This document shows, piece after piece, positions 63,826 to 64,000 of a stretch of 64,000 bases of DNA (its first letter is position 1; the number at the start of each line of letters is the position of its first letter). The translations under genes and the position numbers were made by a program. The notes beneath the pieces were generated by a model that was not told the DNA's origin, ran no database searches, and saw only the letters and a program-made list of their open reading frames with translations. Origin of the DNA: an uncultured Lachnospiraceae bacterium (GTDB taxonomy: Bacteria > Bacillota > Clostridia > Lachnospirales > Lachnospiraceae); NCBI GenBank assembly GCA_947174015.1, contig CAMWHJ010000005.1, forward strand, positions 5,014-69,013, read 5' to 3'.

Positions 63826-64000
63826 ATGCACAAAAAACGCATTTATATGTTTTTCCGTAATACAGTTTCGATCGTTTTGGCATTGTCTTTGATGTTTGGA
63901 GATACAGCGGCAGGTTTCACCACTGTATTTGCCAGTGAGACAGCAACCGTTCAGGAAACCGAAGAGATAGTAACGGAAGAAGAAATCAATGCCGGAAATT
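63826..64000 (+). CDS. 5-prime end of a second secreted protein (signal peptide similar to the amylase); continues beyond the window
   Basis: AAGGAGGG RBS. MHKKRIYMFFRNTVSIVLALSLMFGDTAAGFTTVFASETATVQETEE parallels the amylase N-terminus (MHKRRIFKFF...ESTEIQTVENTE). Confidence 0.6.
   Translation, partial: MHKKRIYMFFRNTVSIVLALSLMFGDTAAGFTTVFASETATVQETEEIVTEEEINAGN

Noticed and set aside
1-64000. rRNA, tRNA, riboswitch or T-box leaders, and CRISPR arrays
   Set aside because: The intergenic regions are short or AT-rich. I saw no tRNA-like T-arm/acceptor pattern, no T-box specifier/antiterminator pattern upstream of gltX (the gap is only 18 nt), and no spaced repeat arrays.

Overview
Chromosomal window from a motile, endospore-forming Firmicute. 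It is class Clostridia, and the gene order looks Lachnospiraceae-like, but the species cannot be named from sequence alone. Almost everything is on the + strand up to 51 kb. Layout: (1) 1-9.6 kb is a housekeeping block: phosphohexomutase 3-prime end, gltX, a UvrD-like helicase, comM, dprA, topA and codY. (2) 9.8-45.2 kb is one long co-directional flagellar/chemotaxis (fla/che) gene train. It runs flgBC-fliEFGHIJ-fliK-flgDE-flbD-motAB-fliLMY-cheY-fliOPQR-flhBAFG-PilZ-cheBAWCD-sigD-FapA, followed by three uncharacterised genes. (3) 45.2-51.1 kb holds an Sfp-type PPTase, nrdG, dut, an orphan fabH, a SpoVAF-like germination protein, a patatin-like lipase and TraX. (4) 51.2-58.2 kb is the minus-strand spore-coat operon cotJA-cotJB-cotJC. 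Its third gene is cut in two by a 5.7-kb element carrying a large serine recombinase, two HicAB toxin-antitoxin modules, a duplicated small-RNA-like unit and several gene wrecks. (5) 58.5-64 kb is a 1709-aa secreted multidomain GH13 amylase with a C-terminal leucine-rich-repeat region, followed by the start of a second secreted protein. No rRNA, tRNA or CRISPR array was seen. The main hunt result is the split cotJC. Both breakpoints carry the same 11-bp core flanked by 14-bp inverted arms, and deleting the 5,737 bp between the core copies rebuilds a 231-aa in-frame Mn-catalase-type CotJC. This matches the architecture of developmentally excised sporulation-gene intervening elements such as sigK/skin and spsM/SPbeta. 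All homology statements come from my reading of the translated ORFs; no database search was run.
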